From Burkholderiales bacterium (GTDB lineage Bacteria > Pseudomonadota > Gammaproteobacteria > Burkholderiales > JACQAP01), in assembly GCA_046155535.1 (NCBI GenBank), contig JBJXFN010000129.1:9659-73658 (forward strand): DNA of 64,000 nt, in the 5' to 3' direction. A model generated the notes under the pieces. That model saw only the letters and a list, made by a program, of their open reading frames with translations, ran no database searches and was not told where the DNA came from. Made by a program: the position numbers and the translations under genes. Of the stretch, positions 1 to 9,075 are shown one piece after another. Position 1 is the first letter of the stretch. Each line of letters begins with the position of its first letter.

Positions 1-101
1 CCCGCCAGGAACTGGCGACGTGACAGGCGCGCCTGCACGATCTCTTCGAAAGTCTGGTTGTTGGAGGGATTGCTGATGCCATCATCGTCGATCATTGACA
101 T
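1..101 (-). CDS. 5' end of a Tat-exported protein (N-terminus reminiscent of PhoX-type phosphatases); the gene continues beyond the window
   Basis: Reverse strand from ATG at 101 reads MSMIDDDGISNPSNNQTFEEIVQARLSRRQFLA, with twin-arginine motif SRRQFL. Only 33 codons are visible. Neighbouring genes are phosphoesterases. Confidence 0.4.
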   Translation of the reverse strand, partial: MSMIDDDGISNPSNNQTFEEIVQARLSRRQFLA

Positions 102-213
102 GCTTTCGGTCCTCTAGGTTGATTGTCGGAATGCTGAAGAACGGGTCGGATCCGCCGCTACCTGTAGTTGCACACTGAAAAAGGATCTCCCGGCAAGAAA
201 CAATGCACGGCAG

Positions 214-233
214 GTTTTACAGTCGTGTGACGG
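214..233 (-). promoter_or_regulatory. Pho-box-like 7-4-7 direct repeat upstream of the PhoX-like gene
   Basis: Reverse strand reads CCGTCAC-ACGA-CTGTAAA, compared with the E. coli Pho box CTGTCAT-AWAW-CTGTCAY. It lies about 115-130 nt upstream of the ATG at 101. Confidence 0.25.
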
Positions 234-331
234 TTCGCCACTGGCTCCGCTGCACCAGTCCTTCGTGTCGTCCGCATGACGAACTCATTGCACCGGGGTG
301 CGCCTTTCGCATCAAACCACCGAGCGCTTGT

Positions 332-349
332 TTGTCATCTGCGCGTCCT
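332..349 (+). promoter_or_regulatory. Pho-box-like 7-4-7 direct repeat upstream of the NPP-glpQ operon
   Basis: TTGTCAT-CTGC-GCGTCCT, about 85 nt upstream of the GTG at 435. Confidence 0.25.
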
Positions 350-434
350 AGCATGAATGTCGCGTGTCGGGCTCATCTCTCGCGGATGCACCAGGCGCCC
401 TGCCTGCCGCCCAACGAAAACAGGAGCGAATCCA

Positions 435-2663
435 GTGACCGCAAAATTCCGACTTTCTTTCTCTTCTTACGTGGCACGACTGACGGCACTAGTGCTGGTG
501 GCATTGAGTGCCGCCGCGCAGGCCCAACCGAAAATAATCGTGATATCTCTGGATGGCGCTCAACCCGAAACTGTGCGCCGTTTTCTCGATCGGGGTGTGC
601 TGCCGGCGGACAAAGGCCTTGGCCTCCTGCGCGCGCACGGGGTGGTGGCGACGCGCAACGTCACGGCAACACCTTCGCTGACCGCCGTGAGTCACATGGC
701 CATCGCCACCGGTTCGACGGCGGTGAACAACGATATCCCCGGCAATACTTTCAAGCTGGTCATCAGTCCGGCAGGCAGCACGATTAGCGGCTTCGGCGCG
801 CCCATCGGCGGATACGATGTGCATGGCCAGGGACTTGCCGCTGTGCCCACGGCCACGCCCCTGTGGGTGACCCTGCGCGAAGCCGGCAAGAAGGTGGTGA
901 CCGCCACCTGGCCCGGCGGCGATGGCGTCGACGTGCGCGCCCCGGGCGTGACCGGTGCTCCGCTGTTGCAAGCGGCGGCACCCGCCCGCACGGTGGATTA
1001 CACGGTGCCGTTCGGCGCCTTTGGCGGCGTCGGCGCGCAAGGATTCTCGACACTGACCGCCGCGCAGTTTTCGCCCGATGCCGCCATTGGGGCGCAGTTG
1101 AATGCTGCCGGGCGTTCGTCGTACAGCCCGGTGATGGTCACCAACTTGCCCGTCGAGACACTCTGGTGCCCGACAGCCGGCACCGCGGGTACCTGCGGCA
1201 CCAGCGCGAGCGCGTTGCGGACCGTCGCATATGCCATCAAGGCCGTAGCGCTGGACGGCACGGACGACGCCGTCGTGAACTACGACCACCTCGTGTTCTT
1301 CGACGCCACTCGCGGCATTCCGCCTGGCCCATTCGCGCTGCCTGCCACCGGCCCAGCCTACGCGCGCGCGGGCGGTCCGTCGGCGAAGTTTTTTCTCGAA
1401 GGCACTGAGAACCGCATCGGCACCGCCTACTTCGTCAGCCATCTGGCGCCAGATCTGTCGAGCGTGCGCTTCGCCCGCTACAGCGCCAACTTCATTCCGC
1501 GCAATGCCCCGGTGTTGGCCATTGTCGATGACATCAACACGAACGTCGGTTTCTGGGCGCCGCAGCCGGACTTCCGCATTACGGAACGTCTGAGCCCGGG
1601 CTTCGGTCCGTTTCCAAACCTTGAACTGGAAGCCATGTACCAGGATCAAGTGCGCAGCTTCGTGGACTACCAGACCCGAGTGGGCCTGCATGCGATAGCG
1701 CGCAATGCGGATGCCGACCTGGTGATGATTTACATCGAACAGCCCGACGGCTCGGGTCACCAGTTCTCTCTGACCGACCCCCGCCAAGCCAGCGACTTCA
1801 CCAATCCCACCACCATCGGCACCCCCGGCAATCCGGCTGGAGCCGTGGGGCAGGACGCCGACAAGGTGGCCCGCTACGCGCGTTACCTGGAGGTGGCCTA
1901 CCAGGAAGCCAGCAACGCGGTGCAACGCGTCATCGAGGCCACCGGCGTCGAACCGGACGGGTCGCCGATGAGCAACATCATCGTCGTGTCCGATCACGGC
2001 ATGGCGCCCTTCCACACGGCGGTCAACCTCACCAACATGCTGCGCAACGCCGGTGTTGACCTGTCCGCCATCCGCATCACCACGTCGGGGCCGGCGACCA
2101 ACATCTATGTCAACCTCGCCGGCCGCGAGCAGGGCGGCACTGTTGACACGACGACCTACGCTGCCCTGGTAGATCAGATCAAGGGCGTGCTGAAGTCTGC
2201 CGTCGATCCCAATGACAAGTTCAATTATTCTCTGAGGCGCGGGCGAATTTTCTCCGACGTGCGGGCACGGCCTCTGAATTGCGCGCAACCCGGCCTGTGC
2301 ACCAACATCCACATTGGCCAGGATTTCGGCGACGTGTTCGCGCAACTCGCCGAGGGCTATAACTTCGACGGCACGCAGGGTCCGGGTGTCGCCCGTCTCG
2401 GCGATGCACCCTTCGATGTCGCAGCTACCGTGTATTCCGTTCCGAACTTCTACGGTGCCCACGGCCATGATTCGCACCTCGACTCCATGAGCGCCATCCT
2501 CTACGCCGCCGGTCCCGATATCCGCCGCCACCGCCGGCTGCCTGAAGTGCGCAACATCGACATCGCGCCCACTATCATGAAGCTGTTGAACGTGAGGCCC
2601 GCGCAGACCGTGGATGGCCATGTCATCGAGCGCATGCTGGAGCGCGGACGCGGCCAGCACTAA
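435..2663 (+). CDS. Secreted nucleotide pyrophosphatase/phosphodiesterase (NPP, alkaline-phosphatase superfamily) protein
   Basis: ORF 357..2663. Proposed start is GTG at 435, preceded by AGGAG, giving signal peptide VTAKFRLSFSSYVARLTALVLVALSAAAQA. Motifs: IIVISLDG, Thr-nucleophile region TPSLTAVSH, VVSDHGM, GAHGHD. Confidence 0.85.
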   Translation: MTAKFRLSFSSYVARLTALVLVALSAAAQAQPKIIVISLDGAQPETVRRFLDRGVLPADKGLGLLRAHGVVATRNVTATPSLTAVSHMAIATGSTAVNNDIPGNTFKLVISPAGSTISGFGAPIGGYDVHGQGLAAVPTATPLWVTLREAGKKVVTATWPGGDGVDVRAPGVTGAPLLQAAAPARTVDYTVPFGAFGGVGAQGFSTLTAAQFSPDAAIGAQLNAAGRSSYSPVMVTNLPVETLWCPTAGTAGTCGTSASALRTVAYAIKAVALDGTDDAVVNYDHLVFFDATRGIPPGPFALPATGPAYARAGGPSAKFFLEGTENRIGTAYFVSHLAPDLSSVRFARYSANFIPRNAPVLAIVDDINTNVGFWAPQPDFRITERLSPGFGPFPNLELEAMYQDQVRSFVDYQTRVGLHAIARNADADLVMIYIEQPDGSGHQFSLTDPRQASDFTNPTTIGTPGNPAGAVGQDADKVARYARYLEVAYQEASNAVQRVIEATGVEPDGSPMSNIIVVSDHGMAPFHTAVNLTNMLRNAGVDLSAIRITTSGPATNIYVNLAGREQGGTVDTTTYAALVDQIKGVLKSAVDPNDKFNYSLRRGRIFSDVRARPLNCAQPGLCTNIHIGQDFGDVFAQLAEGYNFDGTQGPGVARLGDAPFDVAATVYSVPNFYGAHGHDSHLDSMSAILYAAGPDIRRHRRLPEVRNIDIAPTIMKLLNVRPAQTVDGHVIERMLERGRGQH

Positions 2664-2714
2664 GCATTGCCGACGATTCATCCAACCGCAGCAAAACATC
2701 GAGAGGAGCGCCCC

Positions 2715-4013
2715 ATGCATCTACTGAGAAATGCCATCGGATTGATGAGTGCACTCGCCCTGAGCGCGGGCGCGTTGTCGTCCGCCCAGGCCGACGACCG
2801 CTACTTGAACAAGCGCCATCAGGATCATTACGATGGAAAGGGTTTCTACGACGAGCACGGACGCCACAAGAACGACGCCTCCGTGCAACTGGGACCGCGT
2901 CCCTTTTATCTGGTGGAAGGTCTTTCTGACAGCAGACTCAAGGACCGCCTCATGCAGTGCGAGAACGGCCCCTTCTACCAGACCGACTTCTCCATCGGCC
3001 ATCGCGGCGCGGCTTTGCAGTTCCCCGAGCACACGAAGGAGTCTTACGAAGCGGCTGCGCGCCAGGGCGCGGGCATCATCGAGTGCGACGTTACCTTCAC
3101 CAAGGACGGCGAACTTGTTTGCCGTCACGATGAGTGCGATCTGCACACCACGACCAACATCGTTACCACGCCACTCAACAACCAGTGCAGCGTGCCCTAC
3201 GCCGGTCCCGGCTCTATGCCCAAGTGCTGCGCCAGCGACCTGACCCTGACGGAATTCAAGTCCCTCACCGGCAAGATGGACGCCAGCAATCCGGCGGCGG
3301 CCAACGCGCAGGGCTATCTGGGCGGTACCGCGAACTGGCGCACGGATCTCTACACCGGACGCGGCACGCTGCTCACGCACGCTCAGAGCATCCAGCTCAT
3401 CAAGTCTCTGGGCGGAAAGTTCACACCCGAACTGAAAGGGGGCGACGCGTCCCGCATCCAGGCGATCTTCGGCGGGCAGGCACAATACGCTCAGAAGATG
3501 ATCGACGAGTACAAGCAGGCCGGCATACCCGCCCGCCACGTCTGGCCCCAGTCCTTCAACAAGGCCGACGTGCTCTACTGGATTGCCAACGAGCCGGCCT
3601 TCGGCAAACAGGCGGTTTATCTCGACGATATTTCCTCCCCGAGCGAGCCTTTCCCCACGCTGGACGAGTTCAAGTCGCTGCGCATGCAGGGCGTGAGAAT
3701 CGTGGCGCCGCCCATCTGGGCACTGCTGAGCGTAAACACCGAGGGCAAGGTCGTGCCGTCGCAGTACGCCATCGATGCGAAGAACGCGGGCCTGGACATC
3801 ATCACCTGGTCTTTCGAGCGCTCGGATTTGCGTCGCGGCGCTTCGCAAGCCGGGTTTTACTACATGTTCGACCCGGCAGGGCAGGCGGTGCAAAAGGACA
3901 GCGACATGTACAAGGCGCTCGACGTGTTGGCACGTAAGGTCGGAATTCTGGGTATTTTCTCCGACTGGCCCGCGACGGTGACCTACTACGCCAATTGCAT
4001 GGGGCTCAAATAG
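2715..4013 (+). CDS. glpQ: Periplasmic glycerophosphodiester phosphodiesterase
   Basis: ATG at 2715 after GAGAGGAG. Signal peptide [30 protein letters not shown] motif [20 protein letters not shown]...[19 protein letters not shown]. Confidence 0.85.
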   Translation: MHLLRNAIGLMSALALSAGALSSAQADDRYLNKRHQDHYDGKGFYDEHGRHKNDASVQLGPRPFYLVEGLSDSRLKDRLMQCENGPFYQTDFSIGHRGAALQFPEHTKESYEAAARQGAGIIECDVTFTKDGELVCRHDECDLHTTTNIVTTPLNNQCSVPYAGPGSMPKCCASDLTLTEFKSLTGKMDASNPAAANAQGYLGGTANWRTDLYTGRGTLLTHAQSIQLIKSLGGKFTPELKGGDASRIQAIFGGQAQYAQKMIDEYKQAGIPARHVWPQSFNKADVLYWIANEPAFGKQAVYLDDISSPSEPFPTLDEFKSLRMQGVRIVAPPIWALLSVNTEGKVVPSQYAIDAKNAGLDIITWSFERSDLRRGASQAGFYYMFDPAGQAVQKDSDMYKALDVLARKVGILGIFSDWPATVTYYANCMGLK

Positions 4014-4044
4014 GAAGGTTGTGAAGCAGGACTTTGACAATTGA

Positions 4045-4078
4045 CCCGCACTGCGAAAGCCGTGCGGGCCTTTTTATT
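4045..4078 (+). terminator. Rho-independent terminator after glpQ
   Basis: Stem CCCGCAC/GTGCGGG followed by CCTTTTTATT. Confidence 0.6.
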
Positions 4079-4310
4079 CTCCGAAAGCGCCTTGACATGT
4101 GGTGCATTGGAATATTCTCCCCTCAAGAGTAATGCCAAGAAAACGGATTGTGGAAAATTTCATGATTCGCGATGGAAGTATCTTTATCGTGAAGCTTGTC
4201 CGAGAATAAAGTCATTGGGAAACGGGATTCCAGAACGTGATGGATTTCACAAGGTGGAAATAAGCCGGAGTCTCCCTGCCGCGCAATTGACAGGTTCTCC
4301 CGGAAAACCG

Positions 4311-4595
4311 TCAGCGCCGGAACAAGAGCCACGACACGTAGGCGATCAGCGCGATCAGGATCGGCAGCACGACGATGAATACTTTTCTGGCCGCACCGAC
4401 GATCTGGCCGCTTTTTTCCTGGAGCACTTCGGCCCGGTCCTGCAAGCGCATCGCGCGTTCGTTCTGGGCTCTGACCATTGCGAACTGTTCCCGCTGGACC
4501 TGAAGCGCTTCCTGCTGACGCTCGATTTGAAGTTTCTGGTTGTCTCGGATTTCCTGCAACGTTTGGATCAGGATTTGCGCGTCGGTATCGTTCAT
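4311..4595 (-). CDS. Small coiled-coil protein with C-terminal transmembrane anchor (hypothetical)
   Basis: Internal ATG at 4595 preceded by GGAG. Sequence MNDTDAQILIQTLQEIRDNQKLQIERQQEAL...KVFIVVLPILIALIAYVSWLLFRR. Co-directional, 44 nt after the methyltransferase gene. Confidence 0.5.
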   Translation of the reverse strand: MNDTDAQILIQTLQEIRDNQKLQIERQQEALQVQREQFAMVRAQNERAMRLQDRAEVLQEKSGQIVGAARKVFIVVLPILIALIAYVSWLLFRR

Positions 4596-4639
4596 TGGTT
4601 GGCTCCGCGACGAAAAGGAATTTTTTCCAGGCACTACGT

Positions 4640-5407
4640 TCAGGCGGTCTTGATGGCCCGATATTCGGAAAACATGCCCAGCGACAGTTGGCGTTCCACG
4701 CGGGAGAATCCCGTCCCTCGCAAGCACTGTTGTACCGCTTCCGCGGAAGCGCAGGCTTCAATCGTGTCCCAGTAGTAGGTCCATAGAGTCGGAGTGTCCG
4801 CGCTACGCGAACTGAGTTTTGCCAGCCAGGGCACCACGCCGCGCAAATAGGCCTTGAGCAGTGCCGCGTGCAGGCGTCTTTCCGGCCGGGTGATCTCCAG
4901 AATGCAGAAGGTCCCACCCGGTCGCAGAACACGCAGGCATTCCGCAAAGGCGACGGACAGATCGGCGATATGTCGCAACGCATATCCCATGCTGATGAAA
5001 TCGAACTGGGCGGCGGCAAACGGCAGACGCTCCGCGCGTCCCCGCACCAAGCGCACACCGGCCGGCAAATGGGCGTTGCGTAACATCCCGGCGCTGGGGT
5101 CGATTCCGGTGATCTGCCATGGATCGCCGACAATTTTCGCGGCTTCCCTGGCGACCAGTCCGGTGCCGGTGCCGACGTCCAGCGCGCGCATGCCCGGTTG
5201 CAGGCCGGCGCGCCGCAAGGCTTCCCCGCGATACCAGGAGCCCGATCCGAATCCGATCAGGCGCTCGATGCGGTCGTAGTCCGCGGCGGAACCGTTGAAC
5301 ACGCGACCGACCCAGCCACGACGGTCTTCCTCGCGCGCGTAGTAGTCGGTCAGCGGCCGGTGCGGCGCATGGATCTGCCCATCTTCAGTCTGGCGGGACG
5401 TGGTCAT
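4640..5407 (-). CDS. Class I SAM-dependent methyltransferase (UbiE/MenG-like)
   Basis: SAM motif LDVGTGTGLVAREAA, plus FDFISMGYALRHI and LRPGGTFCILE. ATG at 5407 preceded by GGAGAG. Confidence 0.8.
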   Translation of the reverse strand: MTTSRQTEDGQIHAPHRPLTDYYAREEDRRGWVGRVFNGSAADYDRIERLIGFGSGSWYRGEALRRAGLQPGMRALDVGTGTGLVAREAAKIVGDPWQITGIDPSAGMLRNAHLPAGVRLVRGRAERLPFAAAQFDFISMGYALRHIADLSVAFAECLRVLRPGGTFCILEITRPERRLHAALLKAYLRGVVPWLAKLSSRSADTPTLWTYYWDTIEACASAEAVQQCLRGTGFSRVERQLSLGMFSEYRAIKTA

Positions 5408-5596
5408 CGGTTCTTCTCTCCGTTCAGGCGCAAGGTTGCCTGACATTTACCCGCCCGTCGAGGCATGGGATGGCGGGGCATTAATTCGATAGCATGTGCA
5501 ACATTCAGTGTGCACGCGCGTATCCCCGTAGCGGTGCGGTAGGATTCGCTCGTCGGCCCGCCATGACGCGGGGAATATTCACGGAAAGACAAACGA

Positions 5597-6562
5597 ATGA
5601 TTCCAAGGCTGCGTTTTGCACATCTGCCCACTCCCGTGGAGGAAATGCCGCGGCTTGAAAAAGCAATTGGCGGGCCCCGCCTGCTGGTCAAACGGGACGA
5701 TCAGACCGGGCTCGCATTTGGCGGCAACAAGACCCGCAAGCTGGAATTTCTCGTGGCGCATGCCCGGACCGAAGGCGCGCAAACCCTGATTACCGGCGGC
5801 GCTCTCCAGTCAAATCATTGTCGCCAGACGGCTGCGGCGGCGGCACGACTCGGACTGGGTTGCGTCTTGGTGCTGACCGGCGAAAGGCCGGTGAATTCCT
5901 CGGCGAATCTTTTGCTGGACCAATTGTTCGGTGCCGAAATCGTGATGGTGGCGGACCGGGCGGACCGGGACCGGGTTCTGCGGGAGACGCACAACCGCGT
6001 GGCGGCAGAAGGACGCCGACCGTATCTGGTCCCCTACGGGGGCTCCAGCCCGATCGGTGCGCTGGGATATGCCTATGCCGTGGAGGAACTCATGCAACAG
6101 GGCGTGCAGGCGGACTGGGTGGTTTTCGGCACGTCTTCCGGCGGCACCCACGCCGGTCTGGTGCTGGGCAAGCGCCTGTTCGGATTCCGCGGCAAGCTGC
6201 TGGGCGTGAGCATCGATGAATCGGAAGGCTGGTTGAAATCGCACGTTGCGGCGCTGGCCACGCAAAGTGCGCAACATCTGGGACAGACATTCTCGTTTTC
6301 GGCAACCGACGTGCTGGCGACCGATGCCTATTGCAGGGCGGGCTACGGTGTGCTGACCGATGCGGAGCGCGAGGCTGTCCGTCTGTTTGCCCGGACCGAA
6401 GGACTGCTTCTCGACCCGGTTTACAGCGGGCGTGCGGCGGCCGGCATGATCGACCTGATCCGCAAGGGGTCCTTCGCAGCCAATGAAACCGTGCTGTTCT
6501 GGCATACCGGCGGCCAGCCAGCCTTGTTTGCGGAAAGTTATGGTCAGCGCCTTCTCTGTTGA
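5597..6562 (+). CDS. PLP-dependent D-cysteine desulfhydrase / ACC deaminase family protein
   Basis: KRDDQTGLAFGGNKTRKLEFLVAHA, the PLP-lysine region typical of the DcyD/AcdS family. 321 aa. Confidence 0.8.
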   Translation: MIPRLRFAHLPTPVEEMPRLEKAIGGPRLLVKRDDQTGLAFGGNKTRKLEFLVAHARTEGAQTLITGGALQSNHCRQTAAAAARLGLGCVLVLTGERPVNSSANLLLDQLFGAEIVMVADRADRDRVLRETHNRVAAEGRRPYLVPYGGSSPIGALGYAYAVEELMQQGVQADWVVFGTSSGGTHAGLVLGKRLFGFRGKLLGVSIDESEGWLKSHVAALATQSAQHLGQTFSFSATDVLATDAYCRAGYGVLTDAEREAVRLFARTEGLLLDPVYSGRAAAGMIDLIRKGSFAANETVLFWHTGGQPALFAESYGQRLLC

Positions 6563-6624
6563 AGTGCTGTTTGGCCGGGTGCATTGAAAAATCTTGCCCA
6601 GCCAGCGGGCAACGCGCGCTGCGA

Positions 6625-7350
6625 TCAACCGGTCAGGCCGGCAACGAATCTCGGATACGTTTCGGCAATCTCGCGAAGAATGTGCAAGCGAATCGTCGCG
6701 AGCTCGCCGGCATCGGGGGCGGCCGTGACCGGGACCCGATCCGGGCAGTCGAAATCGAAACCCGTCTGGTCGCGCACTTCTTCGATGCTGTGGCCGGGAT
6801 GCACGCTTTCCAGCCGGAAACGCTGCCTGGCCTTGTCGAAGTGAAACAGGCATAACCCGGTCAGCAAGGCGAATGGCCCGCCGGTGCGAAAAATGTTGCC
6901 GTCGCTGACGCCTGGCGCGCTGACAAATTCCACCTTCGAAACCATCACGCGGCGCGTGTGTTCTTCGCGAAACAGAATGACGCGAGGTACCAGGAAGTAC
7001 AGATACGCCGAGCCAAACGAACCCGGCCAGCGTACGACCGTGTGCGGATACTCGCCCGTGCCCACCAGATTGATATTGGCCTGCTCGTCGATCTGCCCGC
7101 CCCCGAGAAAAAAAGCGTCAATGCGGCCCTGTGCGGCGAGATCGAACAATTCCACGCCGCCGCTGGTGAAGAAATTGTTTAACGTGGAGCCCAGCACGCT
7201 GACCCGCATGGCGCCGGCGGACTGCGCTCTGGCCAGCAGGGCACCCGAGCCGGGGATCGGCGAGGAGGCGCCGACCGCGACGTGGCGGCAGCCGGCAAGC
7301 AGCCGCGCAATCACCGAGACCAGCAGTTCCGTCTGCGTGAACGATGTCAT
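6625..7350 (-). CDS. CoA-transferase subunit B (glutaconate/3-oxoacid CoA-transferase family)
   Basis: GASSPIPGSGALLARA...FFLGGGQIDEQANINLVG. ATG at 7350 overlaps the stop of the upstream subunit (ATGA). Confidence 0.75.
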   Translation of the reverse strand: MTSFTQTELLVSVIARLLAGCRHVAVGASSPIPGSGALLARAQSAGAMRVSVLGSTLNNFFTSGGVELFDLAAQGRIDAFFLGGGQIDEQANINLVGTGEYPHTVVRWPGSFGSAYLYFLVPRVILFREEHTRRVMVSKVEFVSAPGVSDGNIFRTGGPFALLTGLCLFHFDKARQRFRLESVHPGHSIEEVRDQTGFDFDCPDRVPVTAAPDAGELATIRLHILREIAETYPRFVAGLTG

Positions 7351-8168
7351 GCCGCGAGGCTGGCGCCGTGGTCCCATTCGGCCAGGCATTGCATGAATCC
7401 CGCGGGGGTGCGCGCCAGCGCCGCATAGCGGCCGAGGGCCGCACTGTCCTCGGGAACCTGGTCAAAAGCCAAGGGCCAGGTGCCGCGATTGGCGATTGCG
7501 ATGCCGGACACATAAATGGCCGGCAATACTGCGCCGGCACGCGCGGGATCTTCCAGCAGATTGCCATCGACAATGTCGTCCACGGTGACCAAGGTGCTCC
7601 GCGCTGCATGGGCCATCAACAGAACTTCGCGCTCCCGGCCGATGAACACATTGCCGAAGCGATCCGCCATGCGCGCATGGAACAGCGCGACATCGGGCCG
7701 GATCGCAGGCAGCGCGACGATCGGATCGTTGCCGGCGAACGGATTGTCGATGACTTTCCAATCGGCGCGATGTCGCAGCACATCGGTACCGAGCAGTCCG
7801 CGCAAGGGAATGAAAGGCAGCCCCTTTTCGCCTGCCTGGAGGGCGGCATAAATCGCCGGGCAGGTCGCATCCTTGACCACAAGCCGTCCTTGTTGCACGG
7901 CTTCGACGAAACGCGGGCCGGTACCATATTCTCCCAGGGTGACGGCAGAGGTTTCGATGGTGCGGACCGCACCGGCACCGATCAGCAAGTCGGCTTGCAA
8001 ACCGCTGGTCGGCACGCAGATCAGGTGCAGATCCCGTATGCCTCGCCGTACCAGCGCCCGCGTGGCGGTCATTGCCACACCCGAAGTGTCCTTGGGCACG
8101 GCCACCATGGCGCCGTGGGGAATATCGGTGACCAAGGATGCGATGTCCGGCCGGATACTGGATGTCAT
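7347..8168 (-). CDS. CoA-transferase subunit A
   Basis: From ATG at 8168: MTSSIRPDIASLVTDIPHGAMVAV...IETSAVTLGEYG...LPFIPLRGLLGTDV. Translationally coupled to subunit B. Confidence 0.75.
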   Translation of the reverse strand: MTSSIRPDIASLVTDIPHGAMVAVPKDTSGVAMTATRALVRRGIRDLHLICVPTSGLQADLLIGAGAVRTIETSAVTLGEYGTGPRFVEAVQQGRLVVKDATCPAIYAALQAGEKGLPFIPLRGLLGTDVLRHRADWKVIDNPFAGNDPIVALPAIRPDVALFHARMADRFGNVFIGREREVLLMAHAARSTLVTVDDIVDGNLLEDPARAGAVLPAIYVSGIAIANRGTWPLAFDQVPEDSAALGRYAALARTPAGFMQCLAEWDHGASLAA

Positions 8169-8293
8169 GGGCGTCGCCGCGCACGCGGCTTGCAGGGAAG
8201 AGCCAGCATTATGGCGCCGCAGGCAGGGTGGGGTCCAACGTGCGCTTGCGTGGGGACCCCGCGGGTGGAATAGTGGATCCATCACGGGGAGCG

Positions 8294-8701
8294 ATGAAGG
8301 GCGACGGAATGATGCGATGGCTTCAGAGGGCGGTTTGGGTTGGCGCGGCGCTATCGGCGAATTTTCTGAATGCGGACGAGGGTGCGGAGTCGGCGTTGCC
8401 GCCGGAACTGGCGAAACTGCGGCAGGAAATTGTGGAATTGATCGGCGTGCCGCGCTGCGCCAACCTGGTCAATTGCAGGATTGCCGAACTGGGCAGCCGT
8501 CCCTGCGGCGGCCCGGCCGAATACCTGACGTTTAACACCTTCAGTGCTGATCAGACTGCGATCGAAACCAAGTTGTCGGAATACAATTTTGCCTACGAGG
8601 ATTGGCTGGCGAAACGGCGTACGGCGGGTGTTTGCGTCAAATTGCAAAGACCCGTGGCCGCCTGTGTCAACGCCCGTTGCGTGATCCCGGGTGCTCGTTA
8701 A
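8294..8701 (+). CDS. Secreted cysteine-rich hypothetical protein
   Basis: ATG at 8294 after GGGGAG. Signal-like MKGDGMMRWLQRAVWVGAALSA. Six Cys residues. No family recognised. Confidence 0.55.
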   Translation: MKGDGMMRWLQRAVWVGAALSANFLNADEGAESALPPELAKLRQEIVELIGVPRCANLVNCRIAELGSRPCGGPAEYLTFNTFSADQTAIETKLSEYNFAYEDWLAKRRTAGVCVKLQRPVAACVNARCVIPGAR

Positions 8702-8710
8702 GCGCCGGAC

Positions 8711-8893
8711 TCACGACGCACGCCCCGTCAGGGCCGCCTGAATGTCCTCGATCAGGCAGGACACCGAGTACACGGCTTCCATGGCGTCCAGTCGTCGGCC
8801 GAGGTGAATCGCCTGGAGGCTTTTGTCCAAAAGTAAATCGGCATTCGCAAGCTGGTCGCGAACTTTGTCGTGGCAGGTCATCCGGGTATCCAT
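8711..8893 (-). CDS. Small hypothetical protein (60 aa)
   Basis: ORF preceded by a strong SD (AAGGAGGGTGACATG). No family recognised. Confidence 0.4.
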   Translation of the reverse strand: MDTRMTCHDKVRDQLANADLLLDKSLQAIHLGRRLDAMEAVYSVSCLIEDIQAALTGRAS

Positions 8894-9013
8894 GTCACCC
8901 TCCTTGCAGGCTTTGGGCTCTCTGTTGCATGCCGCGTGCCCGGGACATCTTCCGTCTGTCGGCGCTTTCCCGTCACCCGGCCGCCGTTCGTCGGTATAAA
9001 TGCCCGTTAAGGA

Positions 9014-9049
9014 CGAAAAAAATCCCGCGGGGCTTGCGCCGCCGCGGGA
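9014..9049 (-). terminator. Rho-independent terminator after hppA
   Basis: Reverse strand: TCCCGCGG-loop-CCGCGGGA followed by TTTTTTT. Confidence 0.55.
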
Positions 9050-9075
9050 CGGTGTCTGAATTTCGTCGCGGGCTG

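Noticed and set aside
489-4040. Very long reverse-strand ORFs (489-2720, 2721-4040). Similar ones occur elsewhere: 22354-24246, 35836-37194, 36878-38092, 40305-41654, 42237-43757, 43942-45456, 56842-58230 and 58513-59808.
   Set aside because: They are antisense to genes with clear family motifs. Their translations are Arg/Gly/His-rich with no recognisable domains. This is the typical shadow-ORF pattern of high-GC DNA.
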